Below are positions 41,059 through 50,743 of a DNA stretch of 64,000 nucleotides, piece by piece (positions within the stretch are counted from its first letter, which is position 1; each line of letters opens with the position of its first letter). The notes under the pieces were generated by a model. The model saw only the letters and a program-made list of their open reading frames with translations, did no database searches and was not told the DNA's origin. The DNA lies in NCBI GenBank assembly GCA_051546255.1, contig CP128817.1:62001-126000 (forward strand), in the 5' to 3' direction. This stretch comes from Meyerozyma guilliermondii. Its lineage: Eukaryota. A program made the position numbers and the translations under genes.

Positions 41059-42333
41059 ATGACGCACGATAGATTGGATATAGTTGTGGTTGGTGGCGGA
41101 ATTGCTGGTTTATCAGCAGCCATTTCTATCGCATTAAATGGCCACAACGCAATTGTCTTAGAAGCCGCAAAGGAAGTTAAAGAAGTGGGTGCAGGTATCC
41201 AAATCTCCAGTAATTCAACAAAAATCTTGAAAAGATGGGGCATTTGGGATACCTTAGAGCCGAAGGCTAACATCCCACTCTTCACTGATTTCAGACATTA
41301 TAAAACAAATGAAATTTACTCGGTAGCAGATCATACTTTGATGGCTGAGCTCTATGGAGGCCCATTCGGGAATCTTCACAGAGCTACATTACATCAGCTG
41401 TTGTTGGATAAAGCTTTGTCTCTTGGTGTAGTTGTGCAACCCAACTCACGGGTACATAGCATTAATTTTGACGAACCGTCAGTAACACTCGAGAATCAAA
41501 TTGTGGTTAGAGGTGATTTTATTGTTGGTGCAGACGGTTACAAGTCAAAGTGCTCGGAAAATTTTAGGGGAGCTCATGATAAGCCAAAGTTTTCAGGGGA
41601 TATGGCATACCGGATTATTGTCGATTTTGACGACGTTAGTCAAGATGTGCTCTTGGAGGATATAGCAAACGACAACTGTATCCACTACTGGATGGGCCCA
41701 GATACTCACTTTGTATCTTATGCCTGCGACAATAATAGATATTATAACGTTGTTATCCTCACCAAGTGTGACCGAGAACCAGATTTCGGGACGTCATCAA
41801 GTGAAGCTGACTTACAGGAGATGTGCGCCAAATTCAAAGATTGGCATCCACTTCTTCAACAAATGTTAACAAAGGTGAAAGCAACCTCTACTTGGCAATT
41901 GTGGATGAGGGATACGGCATCTGAATGGTCCCATGCTAACGGACAATTTACCTTAGCGGGAGATGCTGCTCATGTAACTGTCCCATATATAGGTCAAGGA
42001 GCCGGAATGGGCATTGAGGACGGGTGTGTTATAGGTGAGGCGCTTGGCAGAATCAAATCAAAAAAGGACTTGGCAACGGCAGTTCAAGCGTACGACAAAG
42101 TCAGAATCGAAAGATGCGCCAGAATTGTTCAGATGAGCAGAGACATGGGTGTCATAATGCACTTGCAGGATGGTCCAGCAGCCGAGAGCAGAAACGAGAT
42201 TATGAAGTTGCCCTTTCCTCTCAAAGGTGACCCAAATCTCTGGAGAGACCCTTCCAATGCAGAGTGGCTATATGGTTTCGATCCCTTCAAGGCAACGGAA
42301 GAAGCATTCAATAACTGCAGTCATAATCTGTAA
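41059..42333 (+). CDS. Group A FAD-dependent monooxygenase (salicylate hydroxylase/Mnx1/HxnX-like)
   Basis: GGGIAG, EVGAGIQ, HRATL, GADG, GDAAH...GQGAGMGIEDG, C-terminal HLQDGP...WLYGFD. Confidence 0.9.
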   Translation: MTHDRLDIVVVGGGIAGLSAAISIALNGHNAIVLEAAKEVKEVGAGIQISSNSTKILKRWGIWDTLEPKANIPLFTDFRHYKTNEIYSVADHTLMAELYGGPFGNLHRATLHQLLLDKALSLGVVVQPNSRVHSINFDEPSVTLENQIVVRGDFIVGADGYKSKCSENFRGAHDKPKFSGDMAYRIIVDFDDVSQDVLLEDIANDNCIHYWMGPDTHFVSYACDNNRYYNVVILTKCDREPDFGTSSSEADLQEMCAKFKDWHPLLQQMLTKVKATSTWQLWMRDTASEWSHANGQFTLAGDAAHVTVPYIGQGAGMGIEDGCVIGEALGRIKSKKDLATAVQAYDKVRIERCARIVQMSRDMGVIMHLQDGPAAESRNEIMKLPFPLKGDPNLWRDPSNAEWLYGFDPFKATEEAFNNCSHNL

Positions 42334-42591
42334 ACGACTATTATAATCCAGAATTTGACATTTTGAGCCCTATTAAGCTATCAGTAGTCAAACGCTTTAT
42401 AATATACCGAATTTACAACGGCGACTCTGCGACTTTGGAACGTCGGCCCGCGAATTTAAAAGCTTCAAGATAAGGAATTTTTGTGGAAAATACTGTACCT
42501 AAAGTGATTTGAGTGATCAGAACTTGAATCGATGATACACGGGTGAAATCATATCAATAAGAAGCACAGAAGAATAAAACATAGTAGAAAT

Positions 42592-44166
42592 ATGACTTCC
42601 CTCTATTCACATAAAGAAGGATCACCTCCGCCATTGCCCAGTCGACGTCAGCAAGCTCCTCCAAAACCACCAAAACTTCCTCAAAGAAGATACCAAAACG
42701 ACGAGGAAGAGGCTCCACCCTTGCCCAGGAGAAGCCAGTCACCTTTTGAGGTGAATTTGGTCACACCAGTCATTCGAAAACGAGAACCTCCAATAAAACC
42801 GAAAGCATCAAAACCAACATTAAACGCTGAAAAGAGACCACAATATGGTGCTAACGACACAAAAGTGGTCAATGATGATCGCAAATTGAAAACGAACGAA
42901 AGTGACGCTGAAACTACTAAAAAGACATTTAACAATACATCGTTTGGGACTAAACCAGCTACCAAGTACAAGTCTTTTCTCGATCTTGAACAGCAAATAA
43001 AGACAGGACAACGAATTGGCGAGTCAAATGAAAAGACACCCAAACCGACTGCCCCGAAAAAACCTGCCAAAATTGCACACACACCTCTGGAAGAACAGAA
43101 GCCTGAGAAAGCCACGAAAGAGCCTGCAAATGGTCCTTTAAAAGGTCCTGGGTTTATTGCGAAGTCATTCACGAAAATCACAAGCCCAGCTCGTGCCTCC
43201 GAGACAGAAAAACCTATAGATTCTGAAAATTTCAGAGGGTCAGAACCACCAGAATCCAAAGAACCACCCAAAGAGCCAGTAAAAGGGCCCGGATTCATTG
43301 CAATGTCCTTCACCAAAGAAAGTCTTCCTCACAAACCAAGACCTCATGTGGGTCCCAAGCCTGACATAAAAGAAAGTTCCACATCACAACCTTCTGAAAC
43401 CACAGAACAGAAACCACCAAAGCCAAAACCTAGAATTGGAGCCAAGCCTCCACTGAAGACAAGTGAAGCACCAACAGCAGAAAAAGGCCCTGGGTTTATT
43501 GTAATGCCGTTTACCAAAGTTGCGGCTCCCAGCAATCAAGAAAGACCACTGAAACCCCAGCCTTTGACTTCGAAATCTCAGCCATTGGCTCCCAAGACAC
43601 CTCCAAAACCATCGAAACCAGCATCCCCTGCTGCCTTAAAGACTCGTTCCATTTCAATCGGAGCACTGGCACCAACTAACACCGAAGCAATTGGTGCACT
43701 CTCAAGACTCAAACCTACCAAACCAGTCCAGAATTCGAGCAAGCATATCACTCTAAATGAGAACAAATCTAGTGACAGTGTCAATTCCAAATCATCGTTA
43801 TCATTCAATGATCATCTTTCGTCGCTTCTCAAAACCAACACTTTGCCAAGCCTTTCTGCTGCAGAGAAGCCGCAACCACCTCAAAGGTCTACAACTTTAC
43901 CCGACATTACTGGTCCTGCAAAAATCACCCACGCAAACAAGAAGAGGGCAAAGGGCCCCAAGAGAAGACTTCCTGGTAAATCCTCGTCAAATACTTCTAA
44001 AGGGTCAATTTCTTCCTTGTCATCTACACCAACGTTGCTGCAAAAAGCACCATTAGCAACATTGAAAAAAACATCACCAGTGGTCAAAAAAACACCTCCG
44101 CCCGTCAACAAGGCTTCTAAACCTAAGGTTGCATCCAAACCAGACCCCATTGTCGTAAATAACTAA
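42592..44166 (+). CDS. BSP1: Pro/Lys-rich endocytic adaptor, Bsp1-like, with a capping-protein-interaction (CPI) motif
   Basis: Many PPxLPxR/PxKPxK SH3-ligand motifs; ITHANKKRAKGPKRRLP at about 43924-43974 resembles the Bsp1 CPI motif. Confidence 0.6.
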   Translation: MTSLYSHKEGSPPPLPSRRQQAPPKPPKLPQRRYQNDEEEAPPLPRRSQSPFEVNLVTPVIRKREPPIKPKASKPTLNAEKRPQYGANDTKVVNDDRKLKTNESDAETTKKTFNNTSFGTKPATKYKSFLDLEQQIKTGQRIGESNEKTPKPTAPKKPAKIAHTPLEEQKPEKATKEPANGPLKGPGFIAKSFTKITSPARASETEKPIDSENFRGSEPPESKEPPKEPVKGPGFIAMSFTKESLPHKPRPHVGPKPDIKESSTSQPSETTEQKPPKPKPRIGAKPPLKTSEAPTAEKGPGFIVMPFTKVAAPSNQERPLKPQPLTSKSQPLAPKTPPKPSKPASPAALKTRSISIGALAPTNTEAIGALSRLKPTKPVQNSSKHITLNENKSSDSVNSKSSLSFNDHLSSLLKTNTLPSLSAAEKPQPPQRSTTLPDITGPAKITHANKKRAKGPKRRLPGKSSSNTSKGSISSLSSTPTLLQKAPLATLKKTSPVVKKTPPPVNKASKPKVASKPDPIVVNN

Positions 44167-44261
44167 TCAAGTCATTCTTCCCATTGGTAGCAACAATTCG
44201 CATGATTTTGTGTCACTTTGCCTTGTCGCATTTCACAGCCGTGGAAACGAAATTTGAACAA

Positions 44262-44870
44262 ATGGCATTCTCTGACACCATCACAGAAACCTGGGCACAC
44301 ATTGTGGGTCAGTTCTCTAACCAAAATAATGATATATGGAGCACTTTGCACAGTTTAAAGTCACGTATAGGTGCTCAAAGTGAGTTGTTCATTCATGAGC
44401 TTAAAAGTGCCAATTCTGATTCAGTGTTGCAAGATGTCAAGGGACTTAAAATCACCCCTGTGACGGTAACATTGGCTGCCGTGGTGCTCACTACATTGGT
44501 GATTGTCGGTAGTGTTGCTGGTGGTAATTCCAGCAATCAATCGCAAGGGAAAAAGAAGAAGAAACCAAAAAAGAAAGTGTCTCGTGCCCAGAAAGCTAAC
44601 CATGAAATACAAAAAGTTTTGGATTATGTGGAGGACAATTACGTGCCTCAGATCGACGAGTACTTGTCTGAGTACAAGTCCATGAAACCGGAAGATGTGC
44701 AATACAAGTACAAGTACTTTGAAGAGATGCTTCTTAAAGAGCTCATGAAACTCGACGGTATCGATGTTACAGGCAACGAAGTATTGCGAGAGAACAGGAG
44801 AAAGGTGATCAAGTTTGTTCAGGACCACCAAAAGAGATTGGACAAGTTTAAAAGGGAGGCCAAGTTCTAG
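44262..44870 (+). CDS. SNL1: Membrane-anchored BAG-domain Hsp70 co-chaperone
   Basis: One TM segment, Lys-rich KKKKKPKKK patch, BAG motif EEMLLKELMKLDGID...RENRRKVIK. Confidence 0.82.
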   Translation: MAFSDTITETWAHIVGQFSNQNNDIWSTLHSLKSRIGAQSELFIHELKSANSDSVLQDVKGLKITPVTVTLAAVVLTTLVIVGSVAGGNSSNQSQGKKKKKPKKKVSRAQKANHEIQKVLDYVEDNYVPQIDEYLSEYKSMKPEDVQYKYKYFEEMLLKELMKLDGIDVTGNEVLRENRRKVIKFVQDHQKRLDKFKREAKF

Positions 44871-45004
44871 AAATATTTATCAATGGATCTGTAACCGGTG
44901 TAGAATTGTCAGAAATCTACATTAACATTGTTCTACTTTCCGTCTATTGGATCTGTGCTGATCTTCTCCTGGCACTTCTGTGCTATCTCTCTTCGTCCTC
45001 TTTC

Positions 45005-45520
45005 TTATTTTCTTCTCTCATCAAACTCCTGCGCTGTGAGCCTCTTTCCGCCTGGTACTCCGAATTCTGGAATACCTTTGTCAACGTTGCTAAAAACGCT
45101 TTCAATTATAGGCAATGGTTTACCGAGCCATAATGCCCGGGAAGTATGATCCAAGAGATCCTCACCGGTTTGAGGGTGAATCAACACCGAGAGAGTGCCA
45201 TGGTACAACTGGAACCATGAAAGTAACCTAACAAATATTTTAGGCCGAACAACATCAACTTCCCAAAAATGGGTCACATGGGGCCCAATGACATTGTCAT
45301 TTTTCAATTTCTTCACTATTATGGATCCTTCCTTGCCTTCTTCTTCGAATTCTTTGAGTAACTTGTTGCGAAGTTTGGTAGCTTCAGCAACCGATTGCGA
45401 ATTATGTCCTACATAATATACGTGGAAATCATAGTATTTTACAGGGTGAGCGTACTCAAGGCCGTAGATACTTGTATAGGCCTTTGAGGTATCTTTTGGT
45501 AAACTTGTCAAGTACTCCAT
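45005..45520 (-). CDS. DOPA 4,5-dioxygenase family protein (fungal/bacterial type)
   Basis: YDFHVYY, IGPH, LSVLIHPQTG, DHTSRALWLGKPLP. Confidence 0.82.
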   Translation of the reverse strand: MEYLTSLPKDTSKAYTSIYGLEYAHPVKYYDFHVYYVGHNSQSVAEATKLRNKLLKEFEEEGKEGSIIVKKLKNDNVIGPHVTHFWEVDVVRPKIFVRLLSWFQLYHGTLSVLIHPQTGEDLLDHTSRALWLGKPLPIIESVFSNVDKGIPEFGVPGGKRLTAQEFDERRK

Positions 45521-45587
45521 GAAGAATATGTGAGGTTCCGTTTCTCAGCAGGTTCCACAATTTCTCCGTACAGGATGTGAGCCACAA

Positions 45588-47483
45588 CTAGCTATCAAGA
45601 CCCAAATCTTTTCTGACCATTGCTTTGCATATGGGGTGATATCGGGACTCAAATTTCCTGAATGTGGCAATTGCAAGATCCTTGTCAACGTAATCCTTTA
45701 AAAGTTTGTAACCTGGTCGAGCAAATTTCATTCTTCCCACTGTACCAAGCCAGGTTGCAAAATTTTGAACAATTTTGTCCAGTGGCTTGAAATTTTCAGA
45801 TTTGAGAAGAAGATCGTTCCAGCTGGCAATAATCTCACAATTGCTTGCCTCGGAGTACTGATGGTATACTTTGCGGAGTTCTTCGTACACTTCTGGAGCT
45901 GGTTTCTTGTTGCTGAACAATTCAGTCAAGGTACCAAGAAACAATAAATGCTGGTTTACTTCAAAGTGTTCAATATCAGAAGCACTGAATTGACCCTTGT
46001 TTTGCTCATAAGCAGCCCATTTGTCTCTCAAATGGTAACATTCGTCCGCAAGACGAGTATCGTACTTTGGAGTAAAAGGAGGAACTCCTTCTCCATAGAG
46101 CCAGGTATTCCAGTCTACCGAATCCAAAACGTCTTTTTTACCCTTTGGTTCAAAGAACTCGTAAAGAGTATCGATAAACTGGTAAGAATCGAGCGATTTG
46201 TAGCGGTATTTCTTGAAATAATGTTTCATGAATGGGTCAAATTCGTCGGTCCCACCCAATACCGTCTCGAGATAAAACAAGAAACTAAACCCTTTTTCGT
46301 AGGGTATTTTGGAAAACGCATCATCAGGAGTGACAGTCTTCAAGTCCCATACTAACCGGGTATACTGAGATGGAATTGTTTTGACTGTATCGACAAGATC
46401 ATTCCAACCAAGAATGGCTGCAAAATGTCTGACTTTTTCACCAGCATCAACGTAATCCTTTTCACCTCTCTGCTTAGCTTCGTAGCTGGCCACTCCTCCA
46501 AGAATACGCCGTTCCAAGTACACCGTCCAACCTTCATTTAACCAGAAATGTTCCCAAGTACAGTTGGTAACCAAGTTTCCTGACCATGAGTGCGCGAGCT
46601 CATGAGCCATCACCTTGACTTGCGACCTGTCTTTGCTGATAAGAGTAGGTGTTGCAAAAGTTATGTTGGGATTCTCCATTCCTCCATAAGGGAAACTCAG
46701 CGGAAGAATCAATGCGTCATACTTGAGCCATTCATACTTGTATATGAGGTCCTCAGCAACAACCAAAAAGTTTTCCATATCTTTTTCAAATTCCCACTGG
46801 CACGCTTTTAAGTTTGGAGGTTCAGTATACACAGTCGAACGAGGTCCAATGGGCGCTCCTGCCAAGTTACCAGAAGCAATTGCAACGAGATAAGAAGGAA
46901 TTGGAATCGGTTGTTCAAATCGGTAAGTATTTTCCTCAGAACACTCGACTGGTCTTCCCGACATCAAGGTGTATGAAGGTGATTTGACATGAAATGAATA
47001 AGGACTTTTCACCGCTGGAGTGTCGAAACATGGAAACAAACTACGAGCATGAATAGCCTGGCACTGTGAGAACAAATAGTCGCAAACCTTACTGTCTGTG
47101 GCTTCTTTGTCAATAAATTGAAGTGCACTGCAATTTTCAGTGGTAGCGAATTTGATTGAAATTTTCAACTTTTCTACAACATTTGCAAGTTTTATCACCA
47201 AAGGAGACCCAAAAGGCTCTTTTCTAGCTTCAAGTTTGAAGTCCACAGCCTTTTCATCCACAAAAGCTTGTTCAATGTCTAAAAACGAAGTATCAAGAAC
47301 AACTTCAGTTGTCGACTTGAGATTTTTCAATTCATAAGTTACTGTTCCCGACACATTTTTCTTTTCGAACGAAACATTCAAGTCCAATGAAGACTGCACT
47401 ACCTCGAAACCACGGTAATTGGACAATGTACAGGGATCTTGTTCCTGAGACGCAGCCCGGGACCGCAATTCGTTAACGTTCAT
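45588..47483 (-). CDS. LAP2: Leukotriene A4 hydrolase-like M1 aminopeptidase
   Basis: [21 protein letters not shown]...WLNEG, PYEKG, GRMKF; ATG at 47483. Confidence 0.93.
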   Translation of the reverse strand: MNVNELRSRAASQEQDPCTLSNYRGFEVVQSSLDLNVSFEKKNVSGTVTYELKNLKSTTEVVLDTSFLDIEQAFVDEKAVDFKLEARKEPFGSPLVIKLANVVEKLKISIKFATTENCSALQFIDKEATDSKVCDYLFSQCQAIHARSLFPCFDTPAVKSPYSFHVKSPSYTLMSGRPVECSEENTYRFEQPIPIPSYLVAIASGNLAGAPIGPRSTVYTEPPNLKACQWEFEKDMENFLVVAEDLIYKYEWLKYDALILPLSFPYGGMENPNITFATPTLISKDRSQVKVMAHELAHSWSGNLVTNCTWEHFWLNEGWTVYLERRILGGVASYEAKQRGEKDYVDAGEKVRHFAAILGWNDLVDTVKTIPSQYTRLVWDLKTVTPDDAFSKIPYEKGFSFLFYLETVLGGTDEFDPFMKHYFKKYRYKSLDSYQFIDTLYEFFEPKGKKDVLDSVDWNTWLYGEGVPPFTPKYDTRLADECYHLRDKWAAYEQNKGQFSASDIEHFEVNQHLLFLGTLTELFSNKKPAPEVYEELRKVYHQYSEASNCEIIASWNDLLLKSENFKPLDKIVQNFATWLGTVGRMKFARPGYKLLKDYVDKDLAIATFRKFESRYHPICKAMVRKDLGLDS

Positions 47484-47539
47484 TGCCAATAGAGTGTACA
47501 GAGTCAGTGAAAAGTACGCGGTGTATGGATTCAACAAAA

Positions 47540-47616
47540 AAGTAGAAAGGAAGTAGAAAGGAAGTAGAAAGGAAGTAGAATGAAAGTAGATTGGAATTAG
47601 AGTGGAAGTAGAAGGG
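47540..47616. repeat. 11-bp minisatellite, (AAGTAGAAAGG)x3 perfect plus 4 degenerate copies
   Basis: Read directly, immediately upstream of LAP2. Confidence 0.88.
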
Positions 47617-47750
47617 TCTAATTACGAGGCTAATGAATACCGAGTTATAGATATGCTGGATAGAAATTAGATGGAATGTGTCAAGCCCTCTTCTCTACCG
47701 TCTTATTCTACATCTCGGTCCTTGTAGCGTTGCTAGTATTATGTTCTGGT

Positions 47751-49274
47751 CTAGTTGTTAGTTTGGCTCTCTGGGGCTTCTTGAGTCTTGTAGTTTCTCT
47801 TTTCTCGTTTCTTGCTGGCAGTAGCAACAATTTCCTCAAAAACTCTTGCTTCTTCGTCCTCCTCTTCAGTTCGGGTAATTTTACTAAACACATCGCCGAT
47901 GATTCGGGGTCCGTTAGCCTGTGCTATCCTTTTGTCCAATGGTACATCTTTGTTGTACAAGATGTTATCACAAACTCCACGCACGGTTCCCTGGATCTCG
48001 AACTTAGAACCCGACCAAGCAGCAGCGAGAACTTTGGCAAGTAAATACCTTTCCATGTCTTCTAATTCTTCCTTGGAATGCTTCTGGGGAATGACTTCAG
48101 CCTTGGCTCCTTTCTTTTCTGTGACATCACCTTCTTTCTTCTGCTCTTCTTCTTCTGCTAATACGCGAATCTCTTCCAACTTCTTGGAAATATCGTTCAT
48201 ATCCTTGGTAGCTTGTTCCTTTGCTTCCTTTGCTGCTTTGTCGTCGGTTTCAGACTCAGAATTTGTTCCAGCCGCGTTCTTAGCCTCTTCTTCTTCCTTC
48301 TTGGCATGGTACTCGTTATCTTCTTGCATCTTTGCGTACTCTTGCATTGTCAGCTGAGCGTCTAAAGCGGTGGTGATGGTACTGAACGTCTCCTTAACCA
48401 TACCTCCCTTCTCTTTCATTGACCACCAAAGACCTCCAAGGCCCATAAAAGTTTGCTTTTTCAAAAAAATCTTCAGTTTCGATTTGTAAATCAGCCCCAA
48501 AGTATGGAGGATTTCGAGGCCAAAACTCTCCATCTTGAGCGACTCGGCTTCATAATGCAATTTCTGTCTAAACGACTCAACAACGTCCGGCTTCATGTCT
48601 GTTTCAGTGAAAAGTGAAAGCTTGTCCACCAAATTCTTGGTGAGTTCTTTCCGGGTCTCGATTTTCTTCTGAGCACATTCTTCTTCAAACTTTTCGAGTT
48701 CTTCCTTTCTTCGTTGCTCTTCCTTCTCCTTCTGGGTGAGTTCCTTGTCGGCATTGACGGTGGCTACTTTGTCATCATTTTTTTCGCCAGAACCTTCACC
48801 GACCACTTCACTTTTGTCTGCTTCGTGCAGAATAAATAATCTCGTTTTTTCGTCACGATTCATACCAGGATCCTCTCCTGTGCTCTCTCCACCAGTCTTA
48901 GTCGCCTCGTCTTCACCATACCCCGATAACTCTGCCGATTTGGTTAGTTCTTGGATCAATGAAAGTTCACCAATCCATGGACGAAAAGCTTCTCCACCAA
49001 AAATCGCTGAGAAAAACTCTGATGGGTCCTCAAAACCTTCAGAAGGAATTGACTCTTGTTTTCCGTGTTTGTCGTACTTGGACCTCAAGTTGTCGTCGGA
49101 TAAAACTTGATAGGCTTCGCCGACTTCTTGAAACTTTGCTGCTGCTTGAGGATCATCTGGATTTTTATCAGGATGGAGTCTAATGGCAGCTTTTCTGTAA
49201 GCCTTCTTGATTTCAAGGGAGGTTGCATCGGTAGCTACCCCTAGCAAGTCATAGTAAGTGGTATCAACGACCAT
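47751..49274 (-). CDS. DJP1: J-domain protein of the Djp1/Caj1 family
   Basis: J domain with HPDKNP; DnaJ-X motifs LKMESFGLEILHTLG, SMKEKGG and AAWSGSKFEI look closer to Djp1 than Caj1. Confidence 0.72.
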   Translation of the reverse strand: MVVDTTYYDLLGVATDATSLEIKKAYRKAAIRLHPDKNPDDPQAAAKFQEVGEAYQVLSDDNLRSKYDKHGKQESIPSEGFEDPSEFFSAIFGGEAFRPWIGELSLIQELTKSAELSGYGEDEATKTGGESTGEDPGMNRDEKTRLFILHEADKSEVVGEGSGEKNDDKVATVNADKELTQKEKEEQRRKEELEKFEEECAQKKIETRKELTKNLVDKLSLFTETDMKPDVVESFRQKLHYEAESLKMESFGLEILHTLGLIYKSKLKIFLKKQTFMGLGGLWWSMKEKGGMVKETFSTITTALDAQLTMQEYAKMQEDNEYHAKKEEEEAKNAAGTNSESETDDKAAKEAKEQATKDMNDISKKLEEIRVLAEEEEQKKEGDVTEKKGAKAEVIPQKHSKEELEDMERYLLAKVLAAAWSGSKFEIQGTVRGVCDNILYNKDVPLDKRIAQANGPRIIGDVFSKITRTEEEDEEARVFEEIVATASKKREKRNYKTQEAPESQTNN

Positions 49275-49637
49275 GTTTGTGGCAAGAAGTTGTGAGCTTA
49301 TCTGAAGAAGAATTAGGTAATCTGCATATGACGAGAAGAGCAGTGCGAACAGAGTGCGAAATCGTGCAAAGGTAGCGCGAACTTAGTGAGACATCGGCGT
49401 GAGGTGGGGAGACATTAGTGCGAAACTACTGAGACACTTAGCGAGATGCGGGAGAAGTAGTGAGAAATCGCGAAAAGATACCGCGAATTTAGTGAGAAAG
49501 AAAATTTTAGAGAGAGGAGCGAGCACGAAGAACCAGAATAGAAGACAAGGGCAAGGTCTTCATACATAAGAGTCGAGGAAAGGCAAAATTCAGTTAGTTT
49601 TCATCAGTACAGTTCACTACTTCCAATTCTATGTACA

Positions 49638-50621
49638 TTATGCCGAGTAGTATACCTTACGCAAGTCTACCAATTTCTTACCACGACCGGCTGCAAGATC
49701 TTCAATGGTTCTTTGTTTGGTGAGTGCCTCCACGAAACCCTTGACCACGTTCATGGAATTTCTGGACTTGTAGATTTTGCCTCGTAAATCCTTGATACCG
49801 GCAGCCTGACAAACCTCAAAAATATTCGAGTTGACTCTCAAGCCAAAACCACTGGGTGCCGATTTGATGAAAAGTTTTACGGCATGAAATTTGTATTCGA
49901 TTTCGCCAAGAACAGTTCTGTTCTCATACAATGGAATCGGCGTCAAGTTCTTAACGGCATTCCAGTGCGCCTTAACCAACGCCGTTCTCATTCCGTCTCT
50001 GGACTTACCTTCACCCAAACCAATCATTCCATTTTTGTCTCCCACAACCGTCAAAGCGTAAAAGTTGGGGATCTTACCCTTGGATGTCTGGCACGAAACT
50101 CGCTTCATAACGATGGGTCTCACGTACAAATTGGAAATATAACGTTGATCCAAGCCAGTCAATTTGGAAAGCCCTTCAGCAATTTCTCTTTTTCCCTTCA
50201 ATGGGGATCTTTTCTTGGCAGCACTGACATCAGGCTTGAACCTCAACACCAAGTCGGTTCTATCGGCTGCCTGGATCTGAGGAATAGGTGCATATGGTGA
50301 TCGTTCATTGGCTTGATTGGGGTAAAGTATAGGCTCATCCCATTGAGGATCGCTGGTCGAATAGTCAAAAGACTTGTTCTTAGGGGCAACTCGGGACCGC
50401 AACCTTTTTTCCTTGAGCTCTAGCATCGTCGAGGGTTTTACCAAAGACTCAGTTATTTGTACACTTTCGAGTAATTCTGGAGTATAAAATTTGGATAAAA
50501 ATTCCATATGTTTGGCGGTTTTGTCTGCTTCTTTCATCGTGCGGGTCGCCGACGAGAACGTACGCACACCAAATGCGGCTCGAGTGGATCGACACCACCC
50601 GCTGAAACCGGTCTTTATCAT
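49638..50621 (-). CDS. MRPS5: Mitochondrial ribosomal protein uS5m
   Basis: Presequence; VVGDKNGMIGLGEGKS, APSGFGLRVN, AAGIKDL, DLRKVYYS. Confidence 0.92.
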   Translation of the reverse strand: MIKTGFSGWCRSTRAAFGVRTFSSATRTMKEADKTAKHMEFLSKFYTPELLESVQITESLVKPSTMLELKEKRLRSRVAPKNKSFDYSTSDPQWDEPILYPNQANERSPYAPIPQIQAADRTDLVLRFKPDVSAAKKRSPLKGKREIAEGLSKLTGLDQRYISNLYVRPIVMKRVSCQTSKGKIPNFYALTVVGDKNGMIGLGEGKSRDGMRTALVKAHWNAVKNLTPIPLYENRTVLGEIEYKFHAVKLFIKSAPSGFGLRVNSNIFEVCQAAGIKDLRGKIYKSRNSMNVVKGFVEALTKQRTIEDLAAGRGKKLVDLRKVYYSA

Positions 50622-50743
50622 GGCTCAACTAGTGTTTCTCACGAAAAAGTGAAAATTTCAACATAATATCCGCGGACTGCAGATAGTCCAGAGAAGGTCT
50701 ATAGAGTCTCTGATTTTACAAATGGTTATATTGTTCGTGATAG

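Noticed and set aside
42322..42333. Possible peroxisomal PTS1 on the monooxygenase (-HNL in the track)
   Set aside because: The last codon is CTG, so the protein ends -HNS; not a PTS1.
34554..42333. Reading the cluster as the standard DAL allantoin cluster or the Aspergillus hxn nicotinate cluster
   Set aside because: No allantoicase, ureidoglycolate lyase or NCS1 permease is present, and the amidohydrolase is Pyd2-like rather than Dal1-like. The hxn pathway uses different hydrolase families.
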